This document shows, piece by piece, positions 10,071 through 19,948 of a stretch of DNA of 64,000 nucleotides. Source of the stretch: an uncultured bacterium. Lineage in GTDB: Bacteria; Omnitrophota; Omnitrophia; Omnitrophales; Abzuiibacteriaceae. The stretch is from contig CAYLXA010000005.1 in NCBI GenBank assembly GCA_964387845.1, positions 96,001 through 160,000 of the forward strand, given 5' to 3'. Below the pieces are notes generated by a model. That model made no database searches. It was given only the letters and a program-made list of their open reading frames with translations, and was not told the DNA's origin. The position numbers were made by a program, and so were the translations under genes. Position 1 is the stretch's first letter; each line of letters begins with the position of its first letter.

Positions 10071-11515
10071 GCGGCGCACGTGTCCGGTTTGCGCCGTCTC
10101 CGACGGGCATGCTCCACATAGGCAATATCCGCACGGCGCTTTTCAATTTTCTTTATGCGCGCCATACGAGCGGCAAATTTATTTTAAGAATCGAAGACAC
10201 TGACCCCGAGCGTTCGAAACAGGAATTTGCCGACGCGATCATGAAAGACCTCGAAAAGTTGGGGCTTCAGTGGGACGAAGGCCCGGTTTATCAGTCGAAG
10301 CGCTTCGATATTTATTCGGAGCATTTGAAAAAACTCCGCGAGCAGGGAAAAGTGTACGAATGTTACTGCTCGGAGCAGGAACTCGCCGCGCGGCGAAAAG
10401 AAGCGATGATCGCCAAGCGCGCCCCGCGCTACGACAGCCGGTGCCGGACGATTTCAAAAGCAGAAATTGATAAAAAGAAAGCGGAAGGCATTAAACCCAC
10501 GATCCGGTTTAAAGTTGAGGAAACAAAACCGATTTTGGTTCAGGATTTAATCCGCGGTGATGTGCATTTTCCGCCGGAGGAAATCGGCGACTTTGTTATT
10601 ATGCGCACGAATCCGGACAAGCCGGGCGAATTTATCCCGACTTTCCATATGTCGGTCTGTGTTGATGACGGTTTGATGAAGGTGTCGCACATCATCCGCG
10701 GGGAAGATCATCTGTCCAATTCGCCGCGCCATATCCTTCTTTTTCAGGCGTTTGGCTTTGAGGTGCCGAAATTTGCGCATTTGTCGCTTATTCACGGCCC
10801 GGGCGGCGAGCCTTTGTCGAAACGGCTGACGTCTGTGAGCGTCCGGGATTTTGTTGATGTTCAAGGATATCTCAAGGACGCGCTCTTGAATTATTTGGCG
10901 CTTCTCGGCTGGTCGCCGAAGGATAACCGAGAAATTTTGAACCTTCCGGAGCTGATTCGCGAGTTTGAAGTCGCCAATTGCATCAAGCATCCGGCGATTT
11001 TTAATCCCGAAAAGCTGGATTGGGTGAACGCCGAACATCTTCGGAAAATTCCTGAAAATGATTACATTGAACACGCCGCCGCATTTTTAAAGGCCGGCGG
11101 TGATCGTGCAAAACCGTTTTTCACAAACGCGGTGTTTCTCGACAAAAGCCTTCTGCTGGTCCGTAACGACATTCACAAGTTTGAAGATTTGTGGGAACGG
11201 CTCAGTTTCCTGAAAGAACCCGACCTGAAAGGGATGCCCGATGACGCCAAAGCAATTTGGAGCCAGCCGGAAACCAAAACGGTTCTTCAGTGCGCGGTTT
11301 CCGGGTTTTCGGACGTGAAATCACAGGGCGAAATTTTCTTTGATGATTTGACGAAATTTGTAAAAGACAAAACACAGGTCAAAGGAAAGTCGCTTTTTAT
11401 GCCGATCCGGATTGCGATGACCGGCCAGATTCACGGCCCCGAGATGAAAAAAGTGTTCGGTATTTTTGACCGCGCGACCATTCAAAAACGTTTCGAAACC
11501 GCACTCAAATCCTAA
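10067..11515 (+). CDS. gltX: Glutamyl-tRNA synthetase
   Basis: The class I HIGH region 'SPTGMLHIGNIRTA' and a KMSKS-like 'LSKR' are present. Start taken at the ATG that overlaps the ispDF stop (ATGA). Confidence 0.9.
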   Translation: MSGARVRFAPSPTGMLHIGNIRTALFNFLYARHTSGKFILRIEDTDPERSKQEFADAIMKDLEKLGLQWDEGPVYQSKRFDIYSEHLKKLREQGKVYECYCSEQELAARRKEAMIAKRAPRYDSRCRTISKAEIDKKKAEGIKPTIRFKVEETKPILVQDLIRGDVHFPPEEIGDFVIMRTNPDKPGEFIPTFHMSVCVDDGLMKVSHIIRGEDHLSNSPRHILLFQAFGFEVPKFAHLSLIHGPGGEPLSKRLTSVSVRDFVDVQGYLKDALLNYLALLGWSPKDNREILNLPELIREFEVANCIKHPAIFNPEKLDWVNAEHLRKIPENDYIEHAAAFLKAGGDRAKPFFTNAVFLDKSLLLVRNDIHKFEDLWERLSFLKEPDLKGMPDDAKAIWSQPETKTVLQCAVSGFSDVKSQGEIFFDDLTKFVKDKTQVKGKSLFMPIRIAMTGQIHGPEMKKVFGIFDRATIQKRFETALKS

Positions 11516-11516
11516 A

Positions 11517-12914
11517 ATGGCGCTTCAATTATTCAACACCTTGAGCGGCAAGAAGGAAGAGTTCAGGCCGCTCAATCCGCCCGAAGTCCGGATGTATACC
11601 TGCGGGCCCACCGTTTACGACTTTGCGCACATCGGGAATTTCAGGACATACGTTTTTCAGGATGTGCTCAAGCGCTACCTTGATTTCAGCGGTTTTAAAG
11701 TCCGGCATGTGATGAATATTACGGATGTGGATGACAAAACCATCGCGGGCGCTAATCAGAAGAAGGTTCCGCTTGAGGAATTTACCAAAGTATTTACGCA
11801 AGCGTTTCACGATGACCTCAAAACGCTCGAAATCCTGCCGCCTGATGAAGAGCTGTTTGCCACAAAAACCATTCCGCAAATGCTTCAAATGATTGCGGAA
11901 CTTGTGAAGAAAAACCATGCTTATGAAAAAGACGGTTCGGTATATTTCCGCGTGGCCAGTTTCGCGAATTACGGAAAATTATCGAAGAAAAATCTGGAGA
12001 AAAATATTGCCGGTGCCCGCGTCGATGTGGATGAATACGAAAAAGAAGAAGCGACCGATTTTGTGCTGTGGAAAAAAGCAAAAGAAAATGAACCTTCCTG
12101 GGATTCGCCTTGGGGAAAGGGGCGGCCCGGCTGGCACATTGAATGTTCGGCGATGAGTTTGTCAGCTTTTCAGAATGAAACACTCGACATCCACACGGGC
12201 GGTGAAGATCTCGTATTTCCGCATCATGAAAATGAAATCGCGCAGTCGGAATCGACGACCGGAAAAAAGTTCGTTCATTACTGGCTTCATGCCAAACATT
12301 TATTGGTAGACGGCGAAAAAATGTCGAAATCAAAAGGTAATTTTTTTACCTTGCGTGATCTTCTGAAAAAAAATCTCGATGCGGCTGCTATTCGCTACGC
12401 ACTTTTATCAACCCATTACCGCAAGCAGCTCAATTTCACAGTTGACGGCGTCCAAGCGGCGCGGCAAGCCTTAAACCGCGTGCGCGATTTTCACACCAAT
12501 ATCGATGTCCTGGAGGTCGACAACGCAAAATCGGGCGGTGCGGTGTCTGATTTGGTGCGCGGTGCCCAAAAGGCCGTCCAGGCGGCCATGGACGATGATT
12601 TAAACGTGTCTGAAGCGCTTGGTGCAATTTTTGAGATGGTCAAGCGCTTGAATGCGCTTTCCTTGAAGAAAATCGGCCGGCAGGAAAAAACCGAGCTGGA
12701 TGTTTTCTTTCAAAACATGAACCAGATTTTCGGCGTGTTTCATTTTGAAGAAGAAATCCCGGCCGACATTCATGAGCTGGTCGAAAAACGCCAGGAAGCC
12801 AGGACAAAAAAGGATTTTAAAGAATCCGATAAAATCCGCGATTTGCTCAAGCAAAAAGGTTTCGTCGTTGAAGACACGGCCGGTTCTGCCGTCAAGATTA
12901 AAAGAATCAAATGA
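11517..12914 (+). CDS. cysS: Cysteinyl-tRNA synthetase
   Basis: '[17 protein letters not shown]' and the 'KMSKSKGN' motif. Start at '[11 protein letters not shown]', directly after the gltX stop. Confidence 0.9.
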   Translation: MALQLFNTLSGKKEEFRPLNPPEVRMYTCGPTVYDFAHIGNFRTYVFQDVLKRYLDFSGFKVRHVMNITDVDDKTIAGANQKKVPLEEFTKVFTQAFHDDLKTLEILPPDEELFATKTIPQMLQMIAELVKKNHAYEKDGSVYFRVASFANYGKLSKKNLEKNIAGARVDVDEYEKEEATDFVLWKKAKENEPSWDSPWGKGRPGWHIECSAMSLSAFQNETLDIHTGGEDLVFPHHENEIAQSESTTGKKFVHYWLHAKHLLVDGEKMSKSKGNFFTLRDLLKKNLDAAAIRYALLSTHYRKQLNFTVDGVQAARQALNRVRDFHTNIDVLEVDNAKSGGAVSDLVRGAQKAVQAAMDDDLNVSEALGAIFEMVKRLNALSLKKIGRQEKTELDVFFQNMNQIFGVFHFEEEIPADIHELVEKRQEARTKKDFKESDKIRDLLKQKGFVVEDTAGSAVKIKRIK

Positions 12915-13900
12915 AAAAGCACCAAACGCTTCTTTTAACCTCCCGCGACATTCAAAAGATTCTCAACATGCGGAAAGCCGTTCCGATCGTCGAGCGCGCT
13001 TTTCGTTCCTATGGCCTGGGCCGCGCGCAAATGCCGGCCAAATCCTATCTTTTCCTGCGCAAGTTCAACGGCGACTTCCGCTCCATGCCGGCTTACCTGG
13101 AAGATTTAAACGCAGTCGGTATTAAATGGGTGAATGCACATCCCGGCAACCACAAATTCGGCCTGCCGCCCGTGATGGCGCTTATGATTTTGGGCGATGT
13201 CAAGACCGGATACCCTTTAGCGGTGATGGATGCGACTTACTTGACCAATTTACGGACCGGCGCGGGTGGAGCGGTGGCGGCGAAACATTTGGCGCGTAAA
13301 AATTCGAAAGTAGCGGCATTTGTCGGAACGGGCAATCAGGCGCGCACGCAGCTTTTGGGTTTGCTTGAGGTTTTCCGGATCAAAACCGTGAAAGCTTTCA
13401 GCAATGATTCTGAAAGCCGGAAATCGTTTCTCGAATTTTGCAGGAAATTGAAGTTAAAAATCGAAGCTTCCCGCAATATCCGGGAATGTGTTCAGCATTC
13501 CGACATCGTGGTGACGACAACGCCTTCGAGAAAGCCGATCGTGAAAAGGGAATGGGTATCAAAAGGAACGCACATCAACGCAATCGGCGCCGATGCGCCG
13601 GGAAAGGAAGAGTTGGATCCGGCAGTTTTAAACGCCGCCAAAGTCGTGATTGATGATTGGGAGCAGGCGATTCACAGCGGGGAAGTCAATGTTCCGATCG
13701 CAAAGGGGAGTTTTAAGAAGAGCAAAATCTACGCCTCACTCGGTGAAATTGTGGCCCGAAAACGAAAAGGGCGCACCAACTTTTCTGAAATCACCGTTTT
13801 TGATTCGACAGGGCTTTCCATCCAGGACATTGCGACGGCGGATTATGTTCTAAAAATGGCCAAATCAAAGCGGCTCGGCAGGACAATTTCGTTTTTTTAG
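12911..13900 (+). CDS. Ornithine cyclodeaminase / mu-crystallin family protein
   Basis: A Rossmann 'VGTGNQARTQL' and overall OCD/mu-crystallin-like sequence. The family also includes archaeal-type alanine dehydrogenases. Confidence 0.75.
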   Translation: MKKHQTLLLTSRDIQKILNMRKAVPIVERAFRSYGLGRAQMPAKSYLFLRKFNGDFRSMPAYLEDLNAVGIKWVNAHPGNHKFGLPPVMALMILGDVKTGYPLAVMDATYLTNLRTGAGGAVAAKHLARKNSKVAAFVGTGNQARTQLLGLLEVFRIKTVKAFSNDSESRKSFLEFCRKLKLKIEASRNIRECVQHSDIVVTTTPSRKPIVKREWVSKGTHINAIGADAPGKEELDPAVLNAAKVVIDDWEQAIHSGEVNVPIAKGSFKKSKIYASLGEIVARKRKGRTNFSEITVFDSTGLSIQDIATADYVLKMAKSKRLGRTISFF

Positions 13901-13904
13901 AGGA

Positions 13905-15200
13905 TTACTTGCGGTTGACGGCTTCGGCGAACTGTGCGTCTATGCGCTTTGCGATTTTTGAAATGGCTTCTTCAAAAACGGAAGGTTCCGGCAGTAAGCT
14001 CACGACGGCGTAAGGCTCGCTCTGGAAATCATAAAAGTAGCCCGGATGTATGAGTACATGGTCTTTCTCGAGAAGTTCAAGCGCCCATTCTTCTTCGGTT
14101 TTGCTTTTCGGCAGTCTGAACACCGCGTACCATCCGCCTTCACCATTTAAAAGTTCAAACTGCCCGTTTTTCTCCAGCATTGCGCGATTGGCCGTCACGC
14201 GTTTTAAGATTTGTTTCTGCATTTTATCCTTTAATTTCATCCAATGATGAAGCGCGTTTTGAACCGGCGTGTTGACCGACAAGTAAGTGTCCGAAATGAT
14301 TTCAAGCCGCTCCATGGCTTGTTTCACCAGGTCTTTGGGGCCGTTCACTGCGATCCACGACAGCTTCATTTGCGGAAGCCCGAGGATTTTCGAAATGCCG
14401 CTCAAGGTGAATGTCAGCGATTTTTGGTTTCCGGCAAGCGACGGAATGCCTTCGATTTTTTTCTCCCACTGAAAATCCGAAAATACCTCATCGGAAATAA
14501 TGCAAAGCTGATTGCCTTCTGCGAATTGATTGAGTTTCGTGAGTTCGTCTTTCCGGATGTAAGACCCCGTCGGGTTGTTGGGATTGACCAAAACAATCCC
14601 CCGTGTCTTTTTTGGTTTAAATGATTTCCGGATATCTTCAAAATCGATTCGCCAAGACTCATTTTCATTAATAGAATCAGTCGTTTTATAGGAAATGAGT
14701 CTAGCCCCAACACCCTCATTGGTATTCTTTTTCTGTTGTTTTATGGAAGTGCTGGGGCAACCTTTTTGATACATCAACGCATAAGGCGCCAGCTCCACGT
14801 CGTTTAATTCAGCCAGGAAATGAAACAGCGGGTAGCTCGGCCGCGGCATTAGAATGTGGTCGCCGATGTTTGCGATCAGCCGGAACACCATCGAATAAGC
14901 TTCGCTCGTGCTGGCAGTCACGAGGATTTGGTTTGAATTGACATAAATGCCTTTCGAGTCATAATATTCGGCAATGGTTTCCCGGGCTTCCTGAAGGCCT
15001 AAAGGCGAGGGTTGATAGTCCAGGTTTTTGGAGTCCGTGAGGCTGGATAAAACGATGTCGGATGAATATTGCAGGCCGACTTGTGTGGGGTTCGATTCGG
15101 TCAAATCCAAAATTTCAGCGCCGCTTGCTTCAAGTTCCGACAAACGTGCCGTTAATTGATTGGGTGTTAAGGTCCAGTCTGTACGAGATGAAAATTGCAT
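13905..15200 (-). CDS. PLP-dependent aminotransferase, class I/II
   Basis: 'VNPNNPTGSYI...LCIISDEVF' are aminotransferase motifs. It is convergent with the OCD-family gene. Confidence 0.8.
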   Translation of the reverse strand: MQFSSRTDWTLTPNQLTARLSELEASGAEILDLTESNPTQVGLQYSSDIVLSSLTDSKNLDYQPSPLGLQEARETIAEYYDSKGIYVNSNQILVTASTSEAYSMVFRLIANIGDHILMPRPSYPLFHFLAELNDVELAPYALMYQKGCPSTSIKQQKKNTNEGVGARLISYKTTDSINENESWRIDFEDIRKSFKPKKTRGIVLVNPNNPTGSYIRKDELTKLNQFAEGNQLCIISDEVFSDFQWEKKIEGIPSLAGNQKSLTFTLSGISKILGLPQMKLSWIAVNGPKDLVKQAMERLEIISDTYLSVNTPVQNALHHWMKLKDKMQKQILKRVTANRAMLEKNGQFELLNGEGGWYAVFRLPKSKTEEEWALELLEKDHVLIHPGYFYDFQSEPYAVVSLLPEPSVFEEAISKIAKRIDAQFAEAVNRK

Positions 15201-15267
15201 GATGTACCCTATATCGGCGTGATTGGCCGGAATATAAAGGGTTAATCGCTAGACAAGGGAGATAAAA

Positions 15268-15555
15268 ATGATCACGGTTGTTGCCAAAATTGAAGCCAAA
15301 GCCGGAAGAGAAAAGGAAGTGAAAGAAGTTTTGATGGCACTTGTGCCAATTACGCGCAAAGAAGACGGTTGCATGAATTATGACCTCCATCAGTATAACC
15401 AGCATCCCGGCCAATTCCTATTTTACGAAAACTGGCGCGATCAAGCCTCGCTCGATAAACATCTGGCATCGGCGCATGTGCAGGACTTGGTGAAGCGGTC
15501 AGGCGTGCTGCTCTCAAAACCCGCCGAAATCAAACTCTACCAACAAATCTCTTAA
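15268..15555 (+). CDS. Antibiotic-biosynthesis-monooxygenase (ABM) domain protein
   Basis: A 95 aa protein, 'MITVVAKIEAKAGREKEVKEVLMALVPITRKEDGCMNYDLHQ', consistent with a YgiN-like ABM fold. Confidence 0.7.
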   Translation: MITVVAKIEAKAGREKEVKEVLMALVPITRKEDGCMNYDLHQYNQHPGQFLFYENWRDQASLDKHLASAHVQDLVKRSGVLLSKPAEIKLYQQIS

Positions 15556-15615
15556 CCTCATTTCAAATTCCCAACATTTTTAACTGCGCTTCCCTCGGCT
15601 CTTTTTGTCCCCCGA

Positions 15616-15958
15616 GACCGGCAAGAATGGCTTGCCTTCAAGCACCGGCGGTCTTGACGCTCCAGCGGCGTCAAGCCGCCTGCCACTCACCACTCGGACC
15701 CGCTGCTTCACTTCGCGAAGCAAAGCGGCGGGACCAAGCTCCTCGTGGTTCCGTGAGCTGCCTTTCGGCAACCATTCTTGCCGGTCTTGATCAAAGCCTG
15801 ACAGTAAGGGATGTCTGGAGGCAGCTCGCGGAGCTCGTTGAAGCTTGGTTCTCCACCTTTTTGATGGGTGGAGATTCAACGAGTGAGCGCGCAGGCAGGC
15901 GCAAGCCGCAGGAGCTTGCGAACTGCCGGTGCCGGAAGACATTCCTTACTGTCAGGCT
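15616..15958. other. GC-rich non-coding block with nested long-range inverted repeats. Candidate structured ncRNA or a pair of MITE-like elements, unclassified.
   Basis: About 60% GC against ~48% nearby. 15618-15636 is complementary to 15767-15784. 15795-15814 is complementary to 15938-15957 (19 of 20 nt). There are internal hairpins at 15653-15675 and 15836-15880. The only ORFs are Arg/Ser/Pro-rich spurious frames. Confidence 0.45.
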
Positions 15959-16029
15959 AATATCATGGTGATGTCCCCGCTTGTGTTTCGGCTTTTAAAA
16001 TTTCAAAACTTCCTATACAATAACGACTT

Positions 16030-16644
16030 ATGGCGAAGGGCATTTTCATCACATTTGAAGGCGGAGAGGGGACCGGGAAAAGTACGCACATTCGTGCCGC
16101 TGCTCACTATTTCCGAAAAAAAGGGCGGACGGTTTTACTCGTCCGCGAACCGGGCAGTACGGCGGTTTCCGAAGATATCCGCAGAGTCCTTCTGGATTCG
16201 AAGCACAAAGGCATGAGCAAGCAGGCCGAGCTCTTGCTGTATCTTGCGGCGCGTGCCGAGCTGGTCCGCAAAAGAATCATGCCGGCCTTGCAGGCAGGCA
16301 AAGTCGTGATTTCGGACCGTTATGAAGACTCCACATTTGCTTATCAAGGATTTGGGGACGGAATTCCGCTGAAGACCATCGAAGCGATTTCACAATTTGT
16401 CCGCGGCAAATTAAGGCCGGACCTCACTTTTATCCTGGATGTCCATCCGAAAGTTGGATTGAAGCGCGCAGGGCGCCGCGACCGGGTCGAAAAAAAATCG
16501 GATGCGTTTCACATGCGTGTGCGCGAAGGATTTAAAACTCTCGCGAAAAGAAATTTCAACCGGGTTGTGTTTGTCCGCTCCGGCCTTGCGATTCCGGAAG
16601 TGCGTGATGTGATCTTGAGGAACCTGCGTGAAGTCTACCATTGA
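16030..16644 (+). CDS. tmk: Thymidylate kinase
   Basis: 'ITFEGGEGTGKST' P-loop. It overlaps the holB start. Confidence 0.9.
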   Translation: MAKGIFITFEGGEGTGKSTHIRAAAHYFRKKGRTVLLVREPGSTAVSEDIRRVLLDSKHKGMSKQAELLLYLAARAELVRKRIMPALQAGKVVISDRYEDSTFAYQGFGDGIPLKTIEAISQFVRGKLRPDLTFILDVHPKVGLKRAGRRDRVEKKSDAFHMRVREGFKTLAKRNFNRVVFVRSGLAIPEVRDVILRNLREVYH

Positions 16645-17593
16645 TTCGGCCGAAATTTTTGACCGCTACCTGACCCAGTATCAAACCAGCCGCGTTTTTT
16701 CAAGTTTCCTGCTCACCGGCGATGAAAACGAAAAGAAAAAGCAGCTCGCTTGTTTTATTGCCAAGAAATTAAATTGCGAAGAAAAAAAATTCAAAGAAGA
16801 TTGCGATTGCGGAAGCTGCCGCCGCATTGACTCGGATTCGCATCCGGACGTGAAATGGTTTGGTCTCGATGAGGACCGTGCCTCGATCAAAATCGAAGAA
16901 GTCCGGGAGCTCCAAAATTGGCTCAATTTGAAGTCTTACGAAGGGAAGGTCAAGGTTTTCATCCTGATCGATGCCGGCCGCCTGACAACAGAAGCGCAGA
17001 ATGCGCTCTTGAAGAGCCTCGAAGAGCCGCCGCCTCAGAGTTTGATCATTTTGATGACGGAACGGCGCGGCGATTTGCTCGATACGATCGTCTCACGGTG
17101 CCGTGAAATCAAGGTTCCGCCGTTTTCGGAGAAGGAAACCGCCGCAATTCTTAAAAAAGAAGGCGCCGGGTCGGAAGAGGCGCTCTATTTGACGCGTCAT
17201 TCATACGGAAATCTGGCAGAGGCGAAGGTGAAGCTTGCGAAAAAATGGTTTCAGGAAAAAAATAAAATCTTAAACCAGGTTTTACGCGATCCGGTGGTCG
17301 GATTTGATGCTTTCGCGACCGGAAAACGCGATGAATCACTCGAAACACTCAAACTTCTTTCCGAATGGCTGCGCGATGCAAGTGTTTTGGCGGCATCCGG
17401 CGATCCGTCACTCTTAATTCATGAAGACCGCGAAAATGATTTGTCGGATTTTGTGAAAAATAAGCCGCTCGATTCCGTTTTGCGCCTTTTTGATGAAGTT
17501 TCGGAAACCGAAAAAGCGGTTTCCGAGAACGCAAATCAGAAATTAGCTTTTCAAAGACTCCAGGTTGCGTGGAATACGTTTATCAAACAATGA
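16628..17593 (+). CDS. holB: DNA polymerase III delta' subunit
   Basis: 'ILIDAGRLTTEAQNALLKSLEEPP' and a zinc module 'CDCGSCRR'. It follows tmk, the conserved tmk-holB pair. Confidence 0.85.
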   Translation: MKSTIDSAEIFDRYLTQYQTSRVFSSFLLTGDENEKKKQLACFIAKKLNCEEKKFKEDCDCGSCRRIDSDSHPDVKWFGLDEDRASIKIEEVRELQNWLNLKSYEGKVKVFILIDAGRLTTEAQNALLKSLEEPPPQSLIILMTERRGDLLDTIVSRCREIKVPPFSEKETAAILKKEGAGSEEALYLTRHSYGNLAEAKVKLAKKWFQEKNKILNQVLRDPVVGFDAFATGKRDESLETLKLLSEWLRDASVLAASGDPSLLIHEDRENDLSDFVKNKPLDSVLRLFDEVSETEKAVSENANQKLAFQRLQVAWNTFIKQ

Positions 17594-17667
17594 GCTTCAA
17601 GCTGCAGGCTGCAAGCCACAAGCTTAAAGCTTTTAGCCTGGAGCCTGAGGCTTGTAGCTTGTAGCAA
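17593..17667. repeat. REP-like GC-rich palindromic repeat, copy A
   Basis: 'gagcttcaagctgcaggctgcaagcc...gcctgaggcttgtagcttgtagc' is built from gcttg(a/t)agc / ctgcagc units. Related copies occur at 35.6, 37.6 and 45.5 kb. Confidence 0.6.
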
Positions 17668-17675
17668 CTTTAATT

Positions 17676-19184
17676 ATGAATAAACCTTACTACATTACGA
17701 CCCCGCTTTATTACGTGAATGCCAAGCCGCACATCGGCCACGCGTACACGGAAATTCTCTGCGACACGTTCGCGCGCTTTCACCGCCTAAACGGCGAAAA
17801 AGTATTTTTTCTAACCGGCACGGATGAACACGGCACGAAAATTGACAAAGCCGCGAAAGAAGCCAAAAAAGAACCGAAAGCGTTTGTCGATTCTATCGTT
17901 CCTGAATTTGAGTCGCTCTGGAAAACGCTCGGAATCGAATATGACCATTTTATCCGCACAACGGACGCCGAACACAAAGCGTTTGTCCAAAAAACCCTGC
18001 AGGATTTGGAAAAGAAAGGCGAGATTTACAAAAGCAAATACAAAGGCTGGTATTGCACGCCGTGCGAATCGTTCTGGACCAAGCTTCAATTAAAAGAAGG
18101 AAAGTGCCCTGATTGCGGCCGCGAGGTTCAGGAGCTCGAAGAAGAAAATTACTTTTTTAAGCTCGCGGATAAAAAAGATTGGCTCATTCAATATATTGAA
18201 AAAAACCCTGATTGGATTCAGCCGGATTACCGCCGGAATGAAGTATTGGGATTTTTAAAAAATACCGAACTGGAAGACCTTTCCATTACGCGGCCCAAAA
18301 ACAGGCTTTCATGGGGCATTCCGTATCCCGGTTCCGATACTCACGTGGTGTACGTATGGTTTGACGCTTTGATCAATTATGCTTCCATCGAGGCCTATCC
18401 AAAAGTCGGCAAAATTTGGCCGGCAGATGTGCATGTAATCGGAAAAGATATTCTGCGCCAGCATGCGATTTACTGGCCGATCATGCTCAAAGCGATGGGT
18501 TACGAACAGCCGAAAAAGATCCTGGCGCACGGCTGGTGGACGGTTGGCGGCGACAAAATGTCCAAATCGAAGGGCAATGCGCTCGATCCCGTGGAGCTGG
18601 TCAAAAAATACACGGTTGACGGATTCCGCTATTATTTGCTCAAAGAAGTGACGCTCGGCCAGGACGGCACGTATTCCGAAGAACTTATGACCGAACGCTA
18701 CAACACCGATTTGGCGAATGATTTGGGTAATTTAGTGTCACGCTCCATCGCGATGTTAGAGAAGTATTTTGCAAGCAATTTGCCGGATGTTAAAAAGGAA
18801 CTCTCGGATTCTGATTTGTATCAGGGGGTTTTGAATTCCATGCTGGATTACGATCCGCGCGCGGCGCTTGGCAAGATTTGGAATTTGGTGAAATCGCTCA
18901 ACCAATATATCGATGAGAAAAAACCGTGGGTACTTGCCAAAGAAAACAAAACAAAGGAATTGGAAAAAGCAATCGGTTCATTAATGGAGCACATTGTTTT
19001 GGTTGCTATCATGCTTCAACCTTTTTTTCCACAGACCGCTAAAAAGATTTTGCATTGCTTCGGAATTGTTAAGGAATTACCTTTGTTGGAAGCAAAGGCA
19101 TTCAAAGTGTTAAAACCCGGACAAAAAATCACAAAGCCGGAAATTTTGTTTCCGAAATCCGATCCCAAAGCTGAGGCGAAATGA
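17676..19184 (+). CDS. metG: Methionyl-tRNA synthetase (short form)
   Basis: 'YYVNAKPHIGHAYT', a 'KMSKSKGN' motif and a zinc knuckle 'CTPCESF...CPDCG'. Confidence 0.9.
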   Translation: MNKPYYITTPLYYVNAKPHIGHAYTEILCDTFARFHRLNGEKVFFLTGTDEHGTKIDKAAKEAKKEPKAFVDSIVPEFESLWKTLGIEYDHFIRTTDAEHKAFVQKTLQDLEKKGEIYKSKYKGWYCTPCESFWTKLQLKEGKCPDCGREVQELEEENYFFKLADKKDWLIQYIEKNPDWIQPDYRRNEVLGFLKNTELEDLSITRPKNRLSWGIPYPGSDTHVVYVWFDALINYASIEAYPKVGKIWPADVHVIGKDILRQHAIYWPIMLKAMGYEQPKKILAHGWWTVGGDKMSKSKGNALDPVELVKKYTVDGFRYYLLKEVTLGQDGTYSEELMTERYNTDLANDLGNLVSRSIAMLEKYFASNLPDVKKELSDSDLYQGVLNSMLDYDPRAALGKIWNLVKSLNQYIDEKKPWVLAKENKTKELEKAIGSLMEHIVLVAIMLQPFFPQTAKKILHCFGIVKELPLLEAKAFKVLKPGQKITKPEILFPKSDPKAEAK

Positions 19185-19948
19185 AACTCATCGATTCACA
19201 CGCCCATTTGCAGTTTCCGGAATTCAAAGACGACCGCGAAGAGGTTTTGAAACGTGCGCAGGAAGCGGGTATTGAGTATTTTTTAATTCCCGGAACGAAT
19301 AATGATACGTCGTGGCAGGCGATTGAGTTCGCGAAAAAGTATGATTTTTGCTATGCGGCGGTCGGAATTCATCCTCATGAAGCGCGCCGGATTCCCGATA
19401 AAGAAATGATGGAGTTCGAGGGCTGGCTCAAGGACCCAAAAGTAGTCGCAGTCGGTGAGATCGGGCTCGATTATTACCGGAATTTGGCATCGCCGGTCGA
19501 ACAGCGCCAGACGCTCATCAATTTTTTTAAAATCGCGATGCGGACTCAAAAACCCGTCATTCTGCATGTGCGCGAAGCATATCCCGATATGATTCAAATT
19601 TTAAAGGACTACATGCGCCAACCCGTAAAAGGCCTGATTCATTGCTTTTCCGGAACCTCGCAGGATTTAGAGCAGCTCGTCGTGCTCGGGCTTTCGATTT
19701 CGTTTTCGGCAACCGTCACTTATCCGAAAACAGCCGAGCTCCGGGAGGCCGTTAAGATTTGCCCGCTGGACCGGATTTTAATTGAAACCGATTCGCCTTA
19801 TTTGCCGCCGCAGTCAAAACGCGGCAAGCGCAACGAGCCGGCGTATGTGGCGGAGACAGCCAGTGCGATTGCCGAAATTAAAGGAATGAGCGTAGAAGAG
19901 TTGGGAAGCCGGACCGTTCAGAATTTTCGTTCACTGTTTGGGATTTGA
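19181..19948 (+). CDS. tatD: TatD-family metal-dependent DNase/hydrolase
   Basis: 'LIDSHAHL' and 'ILIETDSPYL' are TatD motifs. It follows metG as in Bacillus (metS-yabD). Confidence 0.85.
   Translation: MKLIDSHAHLQFPEFKDDREEVLKRAQEAGIEYFLIPGTNNDTSWQAIEFAKKYDFCYAAVGIHPHEARRIPDKEMMEFEGWLKDPKVVAVGEIGLDYYRNLASPVEQRQTLINFFKIAMRTQKPVILHVREAYPDMIQILKDYMRQPVKGLIHCFSGTSQDLEQLVVLGLSISFSATVTYPKTAELREAVKICPLDRILIETDSPYLPPQSKRGKRNEPAYVAETASAIAEIKGMSVEELGSRTVQNFRSLFGI

Noticed and set aside
15580-15971. ORFs of 120 aa on the minus strand and 114 aa on the plus strand covering the GC-rich block
   Set aside because: Their composition is Arg/Ser/Pro/Ala-rich, as expected from translating GC-rich structured DNA. 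They overlap each other on opposite strands, and no RBS or recognisable family was found.
15580-15990. Considered RNase P RNA, tmRNA, 6S or SRP RNA for the structured block
   Set aside because: I could not find the conserved P4 'GGAAAGUCCGG' or 'ACAGAANCCGGCUUA' strings. Nor is there a tRNA-like 3' end with a T-loop and CCA, a tag-peptide reading frame, or the SRP domain IV motif, on either strand. I therefore left it unclassified.
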